Shown here in pieces: positions 7,416 through 17,318 of a DNA stretch of 28,523 nt; positions within the stretch are counted from its first letter, which is position 1; every line of letters begins with the position of its first letter. The stretch lies in IMG/VR virus record IMGVR_UViG_2061766007_000171; one strand, written 5' to 3'. The stretch comes from an uncultured virus (IMG/VR IMGVR_UViG_2061766007_000171). Taxonomy: Duplodnaviria > Heunggongvirae > Uroviricota > Caudoviricetes. The position numbers and the translations under genes are program-made. Below the pieces are notes generated by a model that had not been told where the DNA came from, made no database searches, and saw only the letters and a program-made list of their open reading frames with translations.

Positions 7416-7466
7416 CAACCGCCCCCCTTCGCTCAGCGACATGATCGGTTCACTGTGAACTTATTT

Positions 7467-7484
7467 TGAAATTCATTTTATGAA
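7467..7484 (+). repeat. boundary motif copy 2 (TGAAATTCATTTTATGAA)
   Basis: Directly upstream of the GAGGTG RBS of the gene at 7506. Confidence 0.7.
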
Positions 7485-7505
7485 ACATTTGTGAGGTGTT
7501 ATAGA

Positions 7506-7886
7506 ATGCCAGAAAACAAGGACAGAATATCTGTAAAAGAACTGAATGCAACCGCCAGGATCCTCATGGCCGCCGCCGAGGATATGGGTCACCCTGACCC
7601 GCACGCCTTCGCAGAGAAGTACGCGAACATGATCCCGCTCTTCTTCGGCTTCGAGCCCGTCAGAAGGATGGCCGCCGGTGACTTCTGTGTCATCGCGCTC
7701 GCTGTCAAGATGTGCATGATCATCGAAGATCCCGGCGTGAAGGAAGAGATGATCGAGCAATATGAGGATGCCCGTGCTAAGGCATATGCCCACGCAGCAT
7801 CCATAGGGATGACGCACGAGGACATAAAGCGCATGTCTGAGGACGACAGCGACGATGAGATAGACTTCGACGAGGAGGATGAATGA
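7506..7886 (+). CDS. hypothetical protein with acidic tail
   Basis: GAGGTG RBS then ATG 7506; C-terminus EDDSDDEIDFDEEDE. Confidence 0.75.
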   Translation: MPENKDRISVKELNATARILMAAAEDMGHPDPHAFAEKYANMIPLFFGFEPVRRMAAGDFCVIALAVKMCMIIEDPGVKEEMIEQYEDARAKAYAHAASIGMTHEDIKRMSEDDSDDEIDFDEEDE

Positions 7887-8334
7887 GATGAGACACCATG
7901 GTAATTGGATAATACACGACGGCAAAGTGAGTGTCTGGTGCGAGACATGCGGATACTCTATCGAACACGCTTGTACAGACAAGCAGGCAGAAATGATCGA
8001 GAACACACCGATCCAGGCAGTCTTCCCCGAACTCACTCCTGATGTGAACGAGATGTTCATCACCGGCCAATGCGGTCTGTGCTCATCACTGGGATACACG
8101 AAGATAACACCGAAGGCTGAGGAGAAGATCGTCAACGAGACCAAGGAGATCCTGGAGATATGCCATCTTCCTTTCACCGTCACCTCAGCAGAGGACTGCT
8201 ATCAGCTGAGCATCGACCTAAAGGACAACATAGATGACTGTGACTACAGGGATGCCTACGTGCTCATCAGGGAGAACATGAAGCGCGTCATCGATGACAT
8301 CTGGGCAGGCAAATACGGGGAGGTGGAAGCATGA
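7879..8334 (+). CDS. Zn-binding phage hypothetical protein
   Basis: CETC...IQAVFPELTPDVNEMFITGQCGLC motif; GGAGG RBS. Confidence 0.75.
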   Translation: MNEMRHHGNWIIHDGKVSVWCETCGYSIEHACTDKQAEMIENTPIQAVFPELTPDVNEMFITGQCGLCSSLGYTKITPKAEEKIVNETKEILEICHLPFTVTSAEDCYQLSIDLKDNIDDCDYRDAYVLIRENMKRVIDDIWAGKYGEVEA

Positions 8335-8711
8335 ATAATTTCGATGAGATCAAAGATCATCCGCTCACCAACGCCTTCAAGACCGTTGAAGTAGGAACAT
8401 ACGCTGAGATGTTCATGGTCAAAGCCTGCAACATCATCATCGGACTTCACGGAAAGAAGAATGCCTACGTCATTGAAGATAAGAATGACGTCAACGGACT
8501 TCTCCAAGAACTCTACATCGATGCGATAATCGGCAAGAACGTCGAGCTCTTCAAAGATATCTACGATGTTGTCAAAGAGACATTCATCGACATCCTTCAA
8601 GGCATGTACATCGAAGATGCACCTGCAGGATATCCGATCATGCAAGAGAAGATGGTAGATAACATGGTGGATGACTACATCCTCAACATCCTTCTGGAAG
8701 GCAAGTCATAA
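8331..8711 (+). CDS. hypothetical protein
   Basis: 126 aa; GGAGGTG RBS, ATGA overlap. Confidence 0.75.
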   Translation: MNNFDEIKDHPLTNAFKTVEVGTYAEMFMVKACNIIIGLHGKKNAYVIEDKNDVNGLLQELYIDAIIGKNVELFKDIYDVVKETFIDILQGMYIEDAPAGYPIMQEKMVDNMVDDYILNILLEGKS

Positions 8712-8759
8712 TTAAGCACTCGTTTAATTTAACAGCGTTTAATTAAGCCATCGTTTAAT
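8709..8759. repeat. iteron-like direct repeats (CGTTTAAT x3)
   Basis: Copies at 8721, 8736 and 8752; TAATTAAGC at 8709 and 8740. Confidence 0.6.
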
Positions 8760-8954
8760 CGTTCCCTTCCCCCATTCGCTTTATATATGATGTTCCTCTT
8801 TAACAAACTTTCAAACGCTTATCCCCGATCATTATATTTAAAGCGAACGGAAATTTCTTAACACCACTTAATTCGTTAAATGGTGTTGAAACATAGATGC
8901 TGTCACATGACTTCAATGAGAATATCAATTTTCATATACATAGCATCTATTTTC

Positions 8955-9075
8955 TTTCTACTTCTCTACAAATTCTACTGAATAATATATATTATGTGAA
9001 ATAATATACTCATACATTACTTATATAATAATCATTTTCTCTATTCCTTAGTAGAATATGTAGAAATGTAGAAGA
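8955..9075. repeat. imperfect 25-bp inverted repeat flanking an AT-rich spacer (origin-like)
   Basis: TTTCTACTTCTCTACAAATTCTACT (8955-8979) vs AGTAGAATATGTAGAAATGTAGAAGA (9050-9075). Confidence 0.65.
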
Positions 9076-9156
9076 TATACATACAATATATCTTTAATAC
9101 ATATACAAACTACTTAACAATCTAAATAACATTATTAACAACTGAGGTGTTATAAA

Positions 9157-10182
9157 ATGTCGAAAGATATACAAGATGGTCAGTCCATCACCACAAATTT
9201 ATCTGATGTCATCCCCAAGGGAATGACATTGAAGAAGGTATTCAACCACAACCGCTTGATCATCAAGTCATTCACCGTGAAAGGTATACTCGGCTTGGAT
9301 ACCACTGTGAACTTCGATGATCACATCACTAGCCTGACATCCTTAGGCTCGCAGGGGCGCACCAGATTCCTGAGATGCCTGCACGCATTCAGGATCATGT
9401 GCATCTGCAACAACTATGACATGCAGCCCGACATGATCTATGATAAGGTAGATGGACACAGCCGCATGTCAATGACTGTAACGACAGCGAACCCTGACGA
9501 CAGAGACTTCTCGATGACCGTGGATATCGAATTCATCAAAAGGCACAGTGACAGGACAGACGATGATTACTATCTCAACGCTATCACATGGACATTATAC
9601 GACTGTGACGGTGAGTGGGTACACTATGATGACATACACGACCCAGAATATGTCGATGATTTCTACGACTATGCCATCGCTGAGGTGAAGAGGTTCCTTG
9701 ATCACGGCATCGTTCAGACGATGGATGAGGCGATGTCATACCTCGGAGGGTTGCCGTATGATATCCTGAGTATCATAGGTGTACACGATCCGTCAGACAT
9801 ATCAGCGAACATCGGCCGCTTGATACCATGGCTATGCGTCTTTGCTGATGCTACGATGAACAGGACGATCATCCTTGACGATGTGTTCGACAGCATTCAT
9901 CCATGCGTGGTCATGAACATGACGGAGAAGATAGACAGTCAGTGTTCACTCGGAAGGAGACAAATGGTAATGTCATGCCGCAGGCCTGAGGGGCTGGTAG
10001 ATGACTCCGCTTGCTATGTGTTCAATGACGGCAAGGCTGTGAGAGTATCCCGTGAGTCACCGCATGAGCGCCTGTATCTGTTCGATGACAAAGACAGTAA
10101 CACTCTTACCAGGTGGATAGAGCATGTCAAGGACGGCAGTGTGTTCCAGAAAGTCAATGACATCATGGAGGTAGGACAATGA
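9157..10182 (+). CDS. degenerate ABC/AAA_21-like ATPase
   Basis: Layout of OLD/AAA_21 ATPases with altered motifs: SLGSQGRT (Walker A), IILDDVFDSIHP (Walker B/D-loop), QMVMSCRRP (H-loop). Confidence 0.65.
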   Translation: MSKDIQDGQSITTNLSDVIPKGMTLKKVFNHNRLIIKSFTVKGILGLDTTVNFDDHITSLTSLGSQGRTRFLRCLHAFRIMCICNNYDMQPDMIYDKVDGHSRMSMTVTTANPDDRDFSMTVDIEFIKRHSDRTDDDYYLNAITWTLYDCDGEWVHYDDIHDPEYVDDFYDYAIAEVKRFLDHGIVQTMDEAMSYLGGLPYDILSIIGVHDPSDISANIGRLIPWLCVFADATMNRTIILDDVFDSIHPCVVMNMTEKIDSQCSLGRRQMVMSCRRPEGLVDDSACYVFNDGKAVRVSRESPHERLYLFDDKDSNTLTRWIEHVKDGSVFQKVNDIMEVGQ

Positions 10183-10577
10183 CATTCATCATCAAGGTCG
10201 AGGATGTCATGACAGAGGACATGGTCAAGGGGAACATCGAGAGAATAGCCGAAACATACGAGCAGCTCAAAGCACAGGGCATAACATCAGAGACATGGGA
10301 ACACCCTCTTTGGAAAGAGCAGAGGAAGGCAGCGAAGAAGTTAGGCTATCAAATATACAAGGTGATGAAGCATGAGGACTTCAATGACAGGGACATCACA
10401 CTGATGCTCCGCGCAGTGCTTAGGCACCTGGGGAGGAAGGACATCAATGATTATGACGAGAGACTGACTGACATGCAATTGGACATGCTGGTCACGGCAC
10501 AGTATCTTGTGAAGAAGGTACTTGATGAGGTGGTCGCCGCCAGGATCGAAAGAGAGAATAAAGAGAACAACGCATGA
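10179..10577 (+). CDS. hypothetical protein
   Basis: 132 aa; GGAGG RBS, ATGA overlap. Confidence 0.75.
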   Translation: MTFIIKVEDVMTEDMVKGNIERIAETYEQLKAQGITSETWEHPLWKEQRKAAKKLGYQIYKVMKHEDFNDRDITLMLRAVLRHLGRKDINDYDERLTDMQLDMLVTAQYLVKKVLDEVVAARIERENKENNA

Positions 10578-10592
10578 AATTCAATTTATGAA
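10572..10592 (+). repeat. boundary motif copy 3 (GCATGAAATTCAATTTATGAA)
   Basis: Its TGA is the stop codon of the upstream gene. Confidence 0.8.
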
Positions 10593-10611
10593 ATATTATT
10601 GAGGTGTCGAT

Positions 10612-11247
10612 ATGGAAACAGAATACACTGTCAGACTCAACACGAAGTTCGGTTACTTCGAGCTCGGTACGACTGTCAATGAATCGGCGAAGAAAGTATT
10701 GGAAGATATCTTCTGGTACGTCGGTGACGAATGGTATGTACGCGACCCGCACTGTCAACGCGACTGTCACGACAAGACATATGTCATGCTGTTATGGAAG
10801 CGTGTGAACAAGAAAGGAACCGAAGTAGAATATATCAAGACGTATTCATGCAAGGCTTTCAAGAGACTTGATGAGATAAGATGTCAGAATGAAGTCGATC
10901 TCCTGAACACATTGAGCGGGAAGAAGTATGTATACATGGTCTTCCAGCCAAGTGATGAGGAGAAAGGTGCATACATCCCGACTGATTATGAACTGTACAA
11001 GGAGAAAACGTACGAACTCGAGAGGAAGTATGGAGCACTGAGAGAGTTCGTACCCATCTGGATACACAATGACGATGATGAATCCAGGTACTTCGACTGG
11101 ACGATAGATAACTTCGCCGAGTTGAATGGTTGCGATGAAGAGTTCATCAAGATGCTGAAACAGGCCAAAGTGAAATTCTTCAAGGACATACCGAAGGTAG
11201 AACCGATAACCATCAAAGACGGAGACAGAACGATAACATTCAGGTGA
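10612..11247 (+). CDS. hypothetical protein
   Basis: 211 aa; GAGGTG RBS. Confidence 0.8.
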   Translation: METEYTVRLNTKFGYFELGTTVNESAKKVLEDIFWYVGDEWYVRDPHCQRDCHDKTYVMLLWKRVNKKGTEVEYIKTYSCKAFKRLDEIRCQNEVDLLNTLSGKKYVYMVFQPSDEEKGAYIPTDYELYKEKTYELERKYGALREFVPIWIHNDDDESRYFDWTIDNFAELNGCDEEFIKMLKQAKVKFFKDIPKVEPITIKDGDRTITFR

Positions 11248-11252
11248 TAAAT

Positions 11253-11480
11253 ATGAGCGATGAAATGAAAGTGGAACAGAGGGTGGACTTCGCACTGATG
11301 CTCACGCATCTTTACGGAGCATTGGGTGAATTGAAATGCAGTGCATTCGCCATGCCGACAGCGATCACCGGCACGGAGGTAGCCTGTGATCTCACAGACA
11401 TCAAGAAAGCACTGGGTGAATTGACTGAGAAAATGCATACCAAGTACAAAGAGCTGTACTATCATGAGGGAGAGGAATGA
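11253..11480 (+). CDS. hypothetical protein
   Basis: AGGTGA RBS before ATG 11253. Confidence 0.7.
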   Translation: MSDEMKVEQRVDFALMLTHLYGALGELKCSAFAMPTAITGTEVACDLTDIKKALGELTEKMHTKYKELYYHEGEE

Positions 11481-11710
11481 GCTACATCATAGGTGTGTGC
11501 AACAGCGGGAATCCTGATGACATTCTCATGAGGGAATATGAATCGGATATGGATGTGCTGGATGCAGCGAGAGATGAACTGTGCTATGAGTTCGGCTATG
11601 TCTCCGATGCATTCGGTAACTTCAGGAACATGACCAAGTTCGAACTCATCGAGAAGGTCGAGAAGAATGGATGGTGGTTCATCAACGGCGAAGAGCAGGA
11701 GGGACACTGA
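11477..11710 (+). CDS. small acidic hypothetical protein
   Basis: 77 aa; ATGA overlap. Confidence 0.7.
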   Translation: MSYIIGVCNSGNPDDILMREYESDMDVLDAARDELCYEFGYVSDAFGNFRNMTKFELIEKVEKNGWWFINGEEQEGH

Positions 11711-12390
11711 TGGGAAAATGTTTCTATGCGACATCGTGGGAGAAACAGGACATAAACAAATCTGCGAATGAATTCATGAAAAAAGACGTGGACGATTATG
11801 AAAAGGACTATCAATGGGTCGCTGATCATTATGCCGAACGTGATCCGTGGATCAACAAAAGAGGATTGACATATAATGCAGCATGTTACATCGTCAGGGA
11901 TAACATGAGAAGTTTGGATCCGATGATAGATATCAATGATGCTAAGATAGCTGTCAACGGCCAGTTGCTCAGGGACACGATGCATGACATGAAGATACCT
12001 GAGCCATTGATACCGAGTCCTATGTGGGCAGAGCTGTTCACAACTGTCCTAGTACCTTCATGGTTATTCAGGAACAAGGAATATGCATCACAGGAACTGC
12101 ATGATGTGACCTTCAATTGTCCTGTATACTTTGAAGAGGATGATAGGAAAGCGATCATCGGAGGAGAAGCATGTCACTATGACACAACAGCGAACAGGAC
12201 ACATAAAGGATGGAAGATCTACAACACCATATACATCGAATGGTCTTACAGATATCATATAGCAATGCCTGATTGGTTCAGTAAGAAGAACAGATACATG
12301 GCAGTATCAAAGGATGGAAAGGTGATAGACGACTGGAACCTGGCAGACATAAAGAATAACATCAATGAATATCTGAACGGAAGAGCATGA
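11710..12390 (+). CDS. hypothetical protein (paralog of 20050-20637)
   Basis: GGAGG RBS, TGATG overlap; KGWKIY...YMAV...NL..IK C-terminal module. Confidence 0.75.
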   Translation: MGKCFYATSWEKQDINKSANEFMKKDVDDYEKDYQWVADHYAERDPWINKRGLTYNAACYIVRDNMRSLDPMIDINDAKIAVNGQLLRDTMHDMKIPEPLIPSPMWAELFTTVLVPSWLFRNKEYASQELHDVTFNCPVYFEEDDRKAIIGGEACHYDTTANRTHKGWKIYNTIYIEWSYRYHIAMPDWFSKKNRYMAVSKDGKVIDDWNLADIKNNINEYLNGRA

Positions 12391-12405
12391 AATACAATTT
12401 ATGAA
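12385..12405 (+). repeat. boundary motif copy 4 (GCATGAAATACAATTTATGAA)
   Basis: Its TGA is the stop codon of the upstream gene. Confidence 0.8.
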
Positions 12406-12458
12406 TTTGTATTGAAACCATTTAATATAAAATAAAATAAAAAAATTGGAGGAATTTT

Positions 12459-14033
12459 ATGAGCGAATTTGGGAACTTTGTAAAAGGAGTAATGAACGAT
12501 CTTGAGAAGAGAGAATCTCTCGAGAAGAAAGAGAAGAAAGAGAAGGTCATCACATACAAGTGTGACTCTTCTGGTATCGACATGGCAGTGACCCGTGTGC
12601 TGAACGGCAAGGACACCAGGACATTGGTGCTTCTTCTGTCACAGCTCGATGACAATGGGAAGCCTGTCATTCTCATGAAGGAGAAGGACAAGGTGCTCGA
12701 GGTCACAGAGAATAGTCTGAGGTCATTCCTTGATGGTGCTGATCCATTCATCGTCACAGGATGCACAGCAATCCCTTACCTGAGGAAAGGAAAGGAATTC
12801 GTCGAGACACTCTGGGATGTCATCCACAGCAAGAACTTCATCAAGCTTGCAAAGATGGGCGTGATCGATGTTGAATGCATAATAGAGTTGAACAACCGCA
12901 GCGACAGTCCATGGTACCTCGGAGGATATGACAGATACAGCAGTCTCATGCCTCGTATCAATAAGATGACTGAAGAGATGTTCAACAATGTGCATCCGAA
13001 GATCGTCAAATATGCTGTGAACTACATGATGGAGACATTCGATATGACATACAACAAAGCACTCCAGCATGTATACAGGAACAATGGCAGCGGAGGATAC
13101 TACAGATCTGTGATCGAAGTGGAAAGCGGAAAAAAGTATGTCATGAATGACAGCATAACAGCATTCGTAGCCATCGCTAATAGATACGATGAACCGTTTG
13201 CACTTCAATGCATGGAGGAATACATGAACGATCTGAACCTCATCGGCCTGAAAGGAGAGAGCGTCGACACGATGCTTAGGATCAAGACAGATGGTGTGTT
13301 CACAAAGGACAACTGGGGAACGAAGCGTGGAGAGTATGCAGGATCATCACTCATATACAACGGACGTTCACAAGTCATCGAGAGGCTTGCTGTGAACTTC
13401 GAGAAGAGAAGGTTCTGGGAGTACATCCTCAATGCAACATGCGTTGGAAAGGGCAGAGATCTGAATGGATATGTCACGCTGTGGAGAGACTACATCGAGA
13501 TGGCAATGACAACAGACAAGAAGATCAGAGAGAAGTATCCTGAATACCTCCAGGTAGAACACGACAAATACAGTGAGAAATACGACTTCATCAAGAATAC
13601 TGTCGAAGAAGAGGCACTGATGAAAGTCACCGAGAGGGCATCGAAGATATGTGATGTGAACACCAAGGACTATCAGTTCCGTATCCTCAGATCACCTCAG
13701 GCATTCTGTGATGAGGCTGCACAGAACTCAAACTGTGTCGCATCATATGTATCGAAGTGTGCTGCAGGCGTGACATACGTCGGTTCATTCAGGCAGAAGG
13801 ATTCTGAGACAACACTGCTCACTGTAGAGATCGATCCGAATACCTTCAAGATGATCCAGATCAGAGGTAAGTTCAACAGGATGGCAACGCCAAAAGAAAT
13901 GGAAGAGCTGAACAAGGTAGCCAAGAAGATCGATGCGAGATGGAAGAAGTTCCTTGACACTGGGAACATTGAGGAGGACAAAGAAGAGAAGATAGAGATG
14001 CCTACCTTGGACATCTTCGTCAAGGAGGAATGA
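12459..14033 (+). CDS. PcfJ-like domain protein
   Basis: LWRDYIEMA...YPEYLQVEHD...EAAQNSNCVASY...SFRQ...LTVEI...IQIRGKFN matches the PcfJ C-terminal domain. Confidence 0.8.
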   Translation: MSEFGNFVKGVMNDLEKRESLEKKEKKEKVITYKCDSSGIDMAVTRVLNGKDTRTLVLLLSQLDDNGKPVILMKEKDKVLEVTENSLRSFLDGADPFIVTGCTAIPYLRKGKEFVETLWDVIHSKNFIKLAKMGVIDVECIIELNNRSDSPWYLGGYDRYSSLMPRINKMTEEMFNNVHPKIVKYAVNYMMETFDMTYNKALQHVYRNNGSGGYYRSVIEVESGKKYVMNDSITAFVAIANRYDEPFALQCMEEYMNDLNLIGLKGESVDTMLRIKTDGVFTKDNWGTKRGEYAGSSLIYNGRSQVIERLAVNFEKRRFWEYILNATCVGKGRDLNGYVTLWRDYIEMAMTTDKKIREKYPEYLQVEHDKYSEKYDFIKNTVEEEALMKVTERASKICDVNTKDYQFRILRSPQAFCDEAAQNSNCVASYVSKCAAGVTYVGSFRQKDSETTLLTVEIDPNTFKMIQIRGKFNRMATPKEMEELNKVAKKIDARWKKFLDTGNIEEDKEEKIEMPTLDIFVKEE

Positions 14034-14461
14034 GCATGCAGCTTCTGCTGAAGTACGATGCATACGACGATGAATATCCAGAAGATCAATACATAGAAGT
14101 CGACAACGAGCTTGATATACTACTCGAGCGGATCTTCGAAAGATATGAGGGCATTCAATTCGAAGGATACCTGGGAAGATGGGATGGCCCGCAGGCTGTA
14201 GAAGCAAAGACCTGGAACATCAACACAGCGAAAAGGATTATAGTCAACCATGATATCTTCGAACTTTGGTATGCCGATGATGACACAGATGTCTCTGAAC
14301 TTCAAAGATATTCTGAGCAGTGGTCGATGCATGTAGAAAAAGGATGCATGCTTCTCAAACAATGGCATCATGACGGGTGTAACATCCTAGCACTGAAACC
14401 ATTAGGAGAGAAGCTGAACATGACATTTGCACCAGAGGAAGTGGGAATATATGGCGAGTGA
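14030..14461 (+). CDS. acidic hypothetical protein
   Basis: 143 aa; GGAGG RBS; GRWDG and HHDG motifs. Confidence 0.75.
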   Translation: MSMQLLLKYDAYDDEYPEDQYIEVDNELDILLERIFERYEGIQFEGYLGRWDGPQAVEAKTWNINTAKRIIVNHDIFELWYADDDTDVSELQRYSEQWSMHVEKGCMLLKQWHHDGCNILALKPLGEKLNMTFAPEEVGIYGE

Positions 14462-14520
14462 AGAACTCAAAACAAACAACCTTAAAAAATAAAACAAAAA
14501 AAACAATCGAGGTAAAACAC

Positions 14521-15337
14521 ATGACAACAATTAGAACAGATGATGAGCTTAAAGAAGTCTTCAATGAAGTAGGAAAGGGATATGAGTTTGAAGTAAAAAA
14601 AGCAGAGTTCATTCCGTTTGCTGATTTCAAAGTCACATGGGAAGGAAACCGCGGAACAAGAGAAATCAAATTCAAGGTATCCGACTACGCAATGAACATG
14701 GACAAAGAGAACATCGAGGTACTTGCTGAGATGATGTTCAGAAGGATCGATAACAAAAGTGTCGAAGGTGAATACAAAGACAAATTCAACAAGACAATAT
14801 TAGAAGAGAACTTCTCTACAATGAACAGACCATTCTACATAGAGAGAAAGAAACTTGAGAAGGTTCCTTTTAAGGTATACAAAGGAGTGTATGTCCATTG
14901 GAGTAAAGTCGGAATGTTCAACGCAGGGTTCATATCGACATTGATGAAAGTCATCGCACTGAATCCTGAACTGAAGAATGCCCCTGATGATATCGTTGAA
15001 ACTGTCATCAAAATGCAGTACAACAGGATACAGGATGGGATACTAAGCTTCGGTGGAGAATCGAAACAAGTAGAGATACCTTGTGATGAGTTACTNNNNN
15101 NNNNNTGGATTCATATCAACATTGATGAAAGTCATCGCACTGAATCCTGAACTGAAAAATGCTCCTGATGATATCGTTGAAACTGTCATCAAAATGCAAT
15201 ACAACAGAATACAGGATGGGATACTGAGCTTCGGTGGAGAATCGAAACAAGTAGAGATACCTTGTGATGAGTTACTGAAGACAAAAAAATGGCTTGTGAA
15301 TAATGATCTCAGACTCAATGAAGACTTATTCAACTAA
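14521..15337 (+). CDS. M48/YgjP-like protein lacking HExxH (interrupted by an assembly gap/duplication)
   Basis: AEFIPFADFKVTW...FKVSDY...RPFYIER...STLMKVIALNPEL...DDIVETVI; GAGGT RBS; ~170 bp duplicated across N-gap 15096-15105. Confidence 0.6.
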
Positions 15338-15376
15338 ACCCCTTTGCTTATCTTCTTTTTATTGGAGTTGATTAGT

Positions 15377-15904
15377 ATGAACGCAATAGAAAAATTAACT
15401 GAATATGTGAACAGTATGAAGAAAGAAGGGCTCATGGGATATGCATTATCTATCGAGAACCTTCTTCCCGAACTTCAGAACAAACCTGAGCCTCGCAAAG
15501 AGGAACCGACCGACATCGAACTGAAAGAAAATTGCGAAAGAATTCGTGATGAACTTGAGAAGTTTGCCTGTGGATATCTATATGATACTAAGACAGGTGA
15601 GATGGTACGTCCTGAAGACTTAGCTGATCCTGATTATGATGAAGAAAGATACCAAGACTTCTACACATATTATCTCACAGACAATCTCGGTATCAAAGTC
15701 ACACACGATATCCAATCACCAAATGAACTTTATTCTTGTTCGATATGCGTTGCCTGGGGCGGACCTAATATCTACATCGATACATACACAGAATGTGTCG
15801 AAGGATACTGGGGATACAGCGGAAGAGCCTCGGCCTCATTCTCAAAGAGAGTCACCGAGATGATAGACAACGAAATAGAAGATATCATGTTCTGTTACAG
15901 GTGA
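15377..15904 (+). CDS. conserved phage hypothetical protein (GGPNIYIDT...GYWG)
   Basis: GGAG RBS; the motif recurs in phage proteins; a second haplotype copy lies at 16399-16798. Confidence 0.75.
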   Translation: MNAIEKLTEYVNSMKKEGLMGYALSIENLLPELQNKPEPRKEEPTDIELKENCERIRDELEKFACGYLYDTKTGEMVRPEDLADPDYDEERYQDFYTYYLTDNLGIKVTHDIQSPNELYSCSICVAWGGPNIYIDTYTECVEGYWGYSGRASASFSKRVTEMIDNEIEDIMFCYR

Positions 15905-16398
15905 TATGATGAGTTCAAAACNNNNNNNNNNNNNNNNNNNNNNNNNNNNNNNNNNNNNNNNNNNNNNNNNNNNNNNNNNNNNNNNNNNNNNNNNNNNNNN
16001 NNNNNNNNNNNNNNNNNNNNNNNNNNNNNNNNNNNNNNNNNNNNNNNNNNNNNNNNNNNNNNNNNNNNNNNNNNNNNNNNNNNNNNNNNNNNNNNNNNNN
16101 NNNNNNNNNNNNNNNNNNNNNNNNNNNNNNNNNNNNNNNNNNNNNNNNNNNNNNNNNNNNNNNNNNNNNNNNNNNNNNNNNNNNNNNNNNNNNNNNNNNN
16201 NNNNNNNNNNNNNNNNNNNNNNNNNNNNNNNNNNNNNNNNNNNNNNNNAATCGATACCAAATTACTTGGCACGAAGAAAACTGAAGTTGAAGACATGGAG
16301 GATTATTGAACATGACCAGATACATAGTATACACATTCTATGGTCTTTATACATTGACAAAAGAGATCGCTGATAAAGAAGACATCATNNNNNNNNNN

Positions 16399-16798
16399 TC
16401 CAACAGACATAGAACTCAGAGAGAACTGTGAAAGGATACGTGATGAACTTGAGAAGTTCGCCTGTGGATATCTATATGACACTGAGACAGGTGAGATGGT
16501 ACGTGCTGAGGACTTAACTGATCCTGATTATGATGAAGAAAGATACCAAGATTTCTACACATATTATCTCACAGACAACCTAGGTATCAAAGTAACACAC
16601 GATATCCAATCACCAGATGAACTCTATTCTTGTTCAATATGCGTTGCCTGGGGTGGGCCTAACATCTACATCGACACATACACAGAGTGTGTCGAAGGAT
16701 ACTGGGGATACAGCGGAAGAGCCTCAGCTTCGTTCTCAAAGAGAGTTACCGAGATGATAGACAGTGAAATAGAAGATATCATGTTCTGTTACAGGTGA
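16399..16798 (+). CDS. duplicate (alternative haplotype) 3' part of the gene at 15377-15904
   Basis: Near-identical sequence beginning right after N-gap 16389-16398. Confidence 0.5.
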
Positions 16799-16799
16799 T

Positions 16800-17316
16800 A
16801 TGATGAGTTCAAAACTGAATGGCAAAGACAAACTGGAAGACACATTCTACCATGACGGTGATGATCGCAGTGATTCCTGGACAGGATACTTTTCTACCTA
16901 TACAAAGAATATATTCGTCTACCTTCAGGAATCGGAGCAAGCNNNNNNNNNNTAAACTGGAAGATACATTCTACCATGACGGTGACGATCGCAGTGATTC
17001 CTGGACAGGATACTTCTCTACCTATACAAAGAATATATTCGTCTACCTTCAGGAATCGGAGCAAGCCCCGACAAAAGAAGATCTTCAAAGAAATCCAGAA
17101 TATTGTGGCTGTGTGAACTTTGAACTCTATAGTATCAGGAAATTCAGAAGCGGATCAACATACAAATACAATATTCAAGGAGGCTACTTCTTATACACCA
17201 AAGACACGACATTCATGGAACTGTGTGATTATATCTCCAGTGATACAGGATATGTGATCGATACCAAATTACTTGGCACGAAGAAAACTGAAGTTGAAAA
17301 CATGGAGGATTATTGA
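16800..17316 (+). CDS. hypothetical protein (MMSSKLNGKDKLEDTFY...; interrupted by gap/duplication)
   Basis: AGGTGA RBS; the frame is restored once the duplicate across N 16943-16952 is collapsed. Confidence 0.65.
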
Positions 17317-17318
17317 AC

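Noticed and set aside
14462..14520. A-rich spacers (also 12420-12445 and 22153-22194) as repeats
   Set aside because: They are low-complexity leaders ahead of RBSs. AAACAATTTAATAA at 22151 is too degenerate to count as a seventh boundary motif.
15895..16373. ORFs spanning the 327-N gap
   Set aside because: They are artefacts of translating Ns; the gene is represented at 16800-17316.
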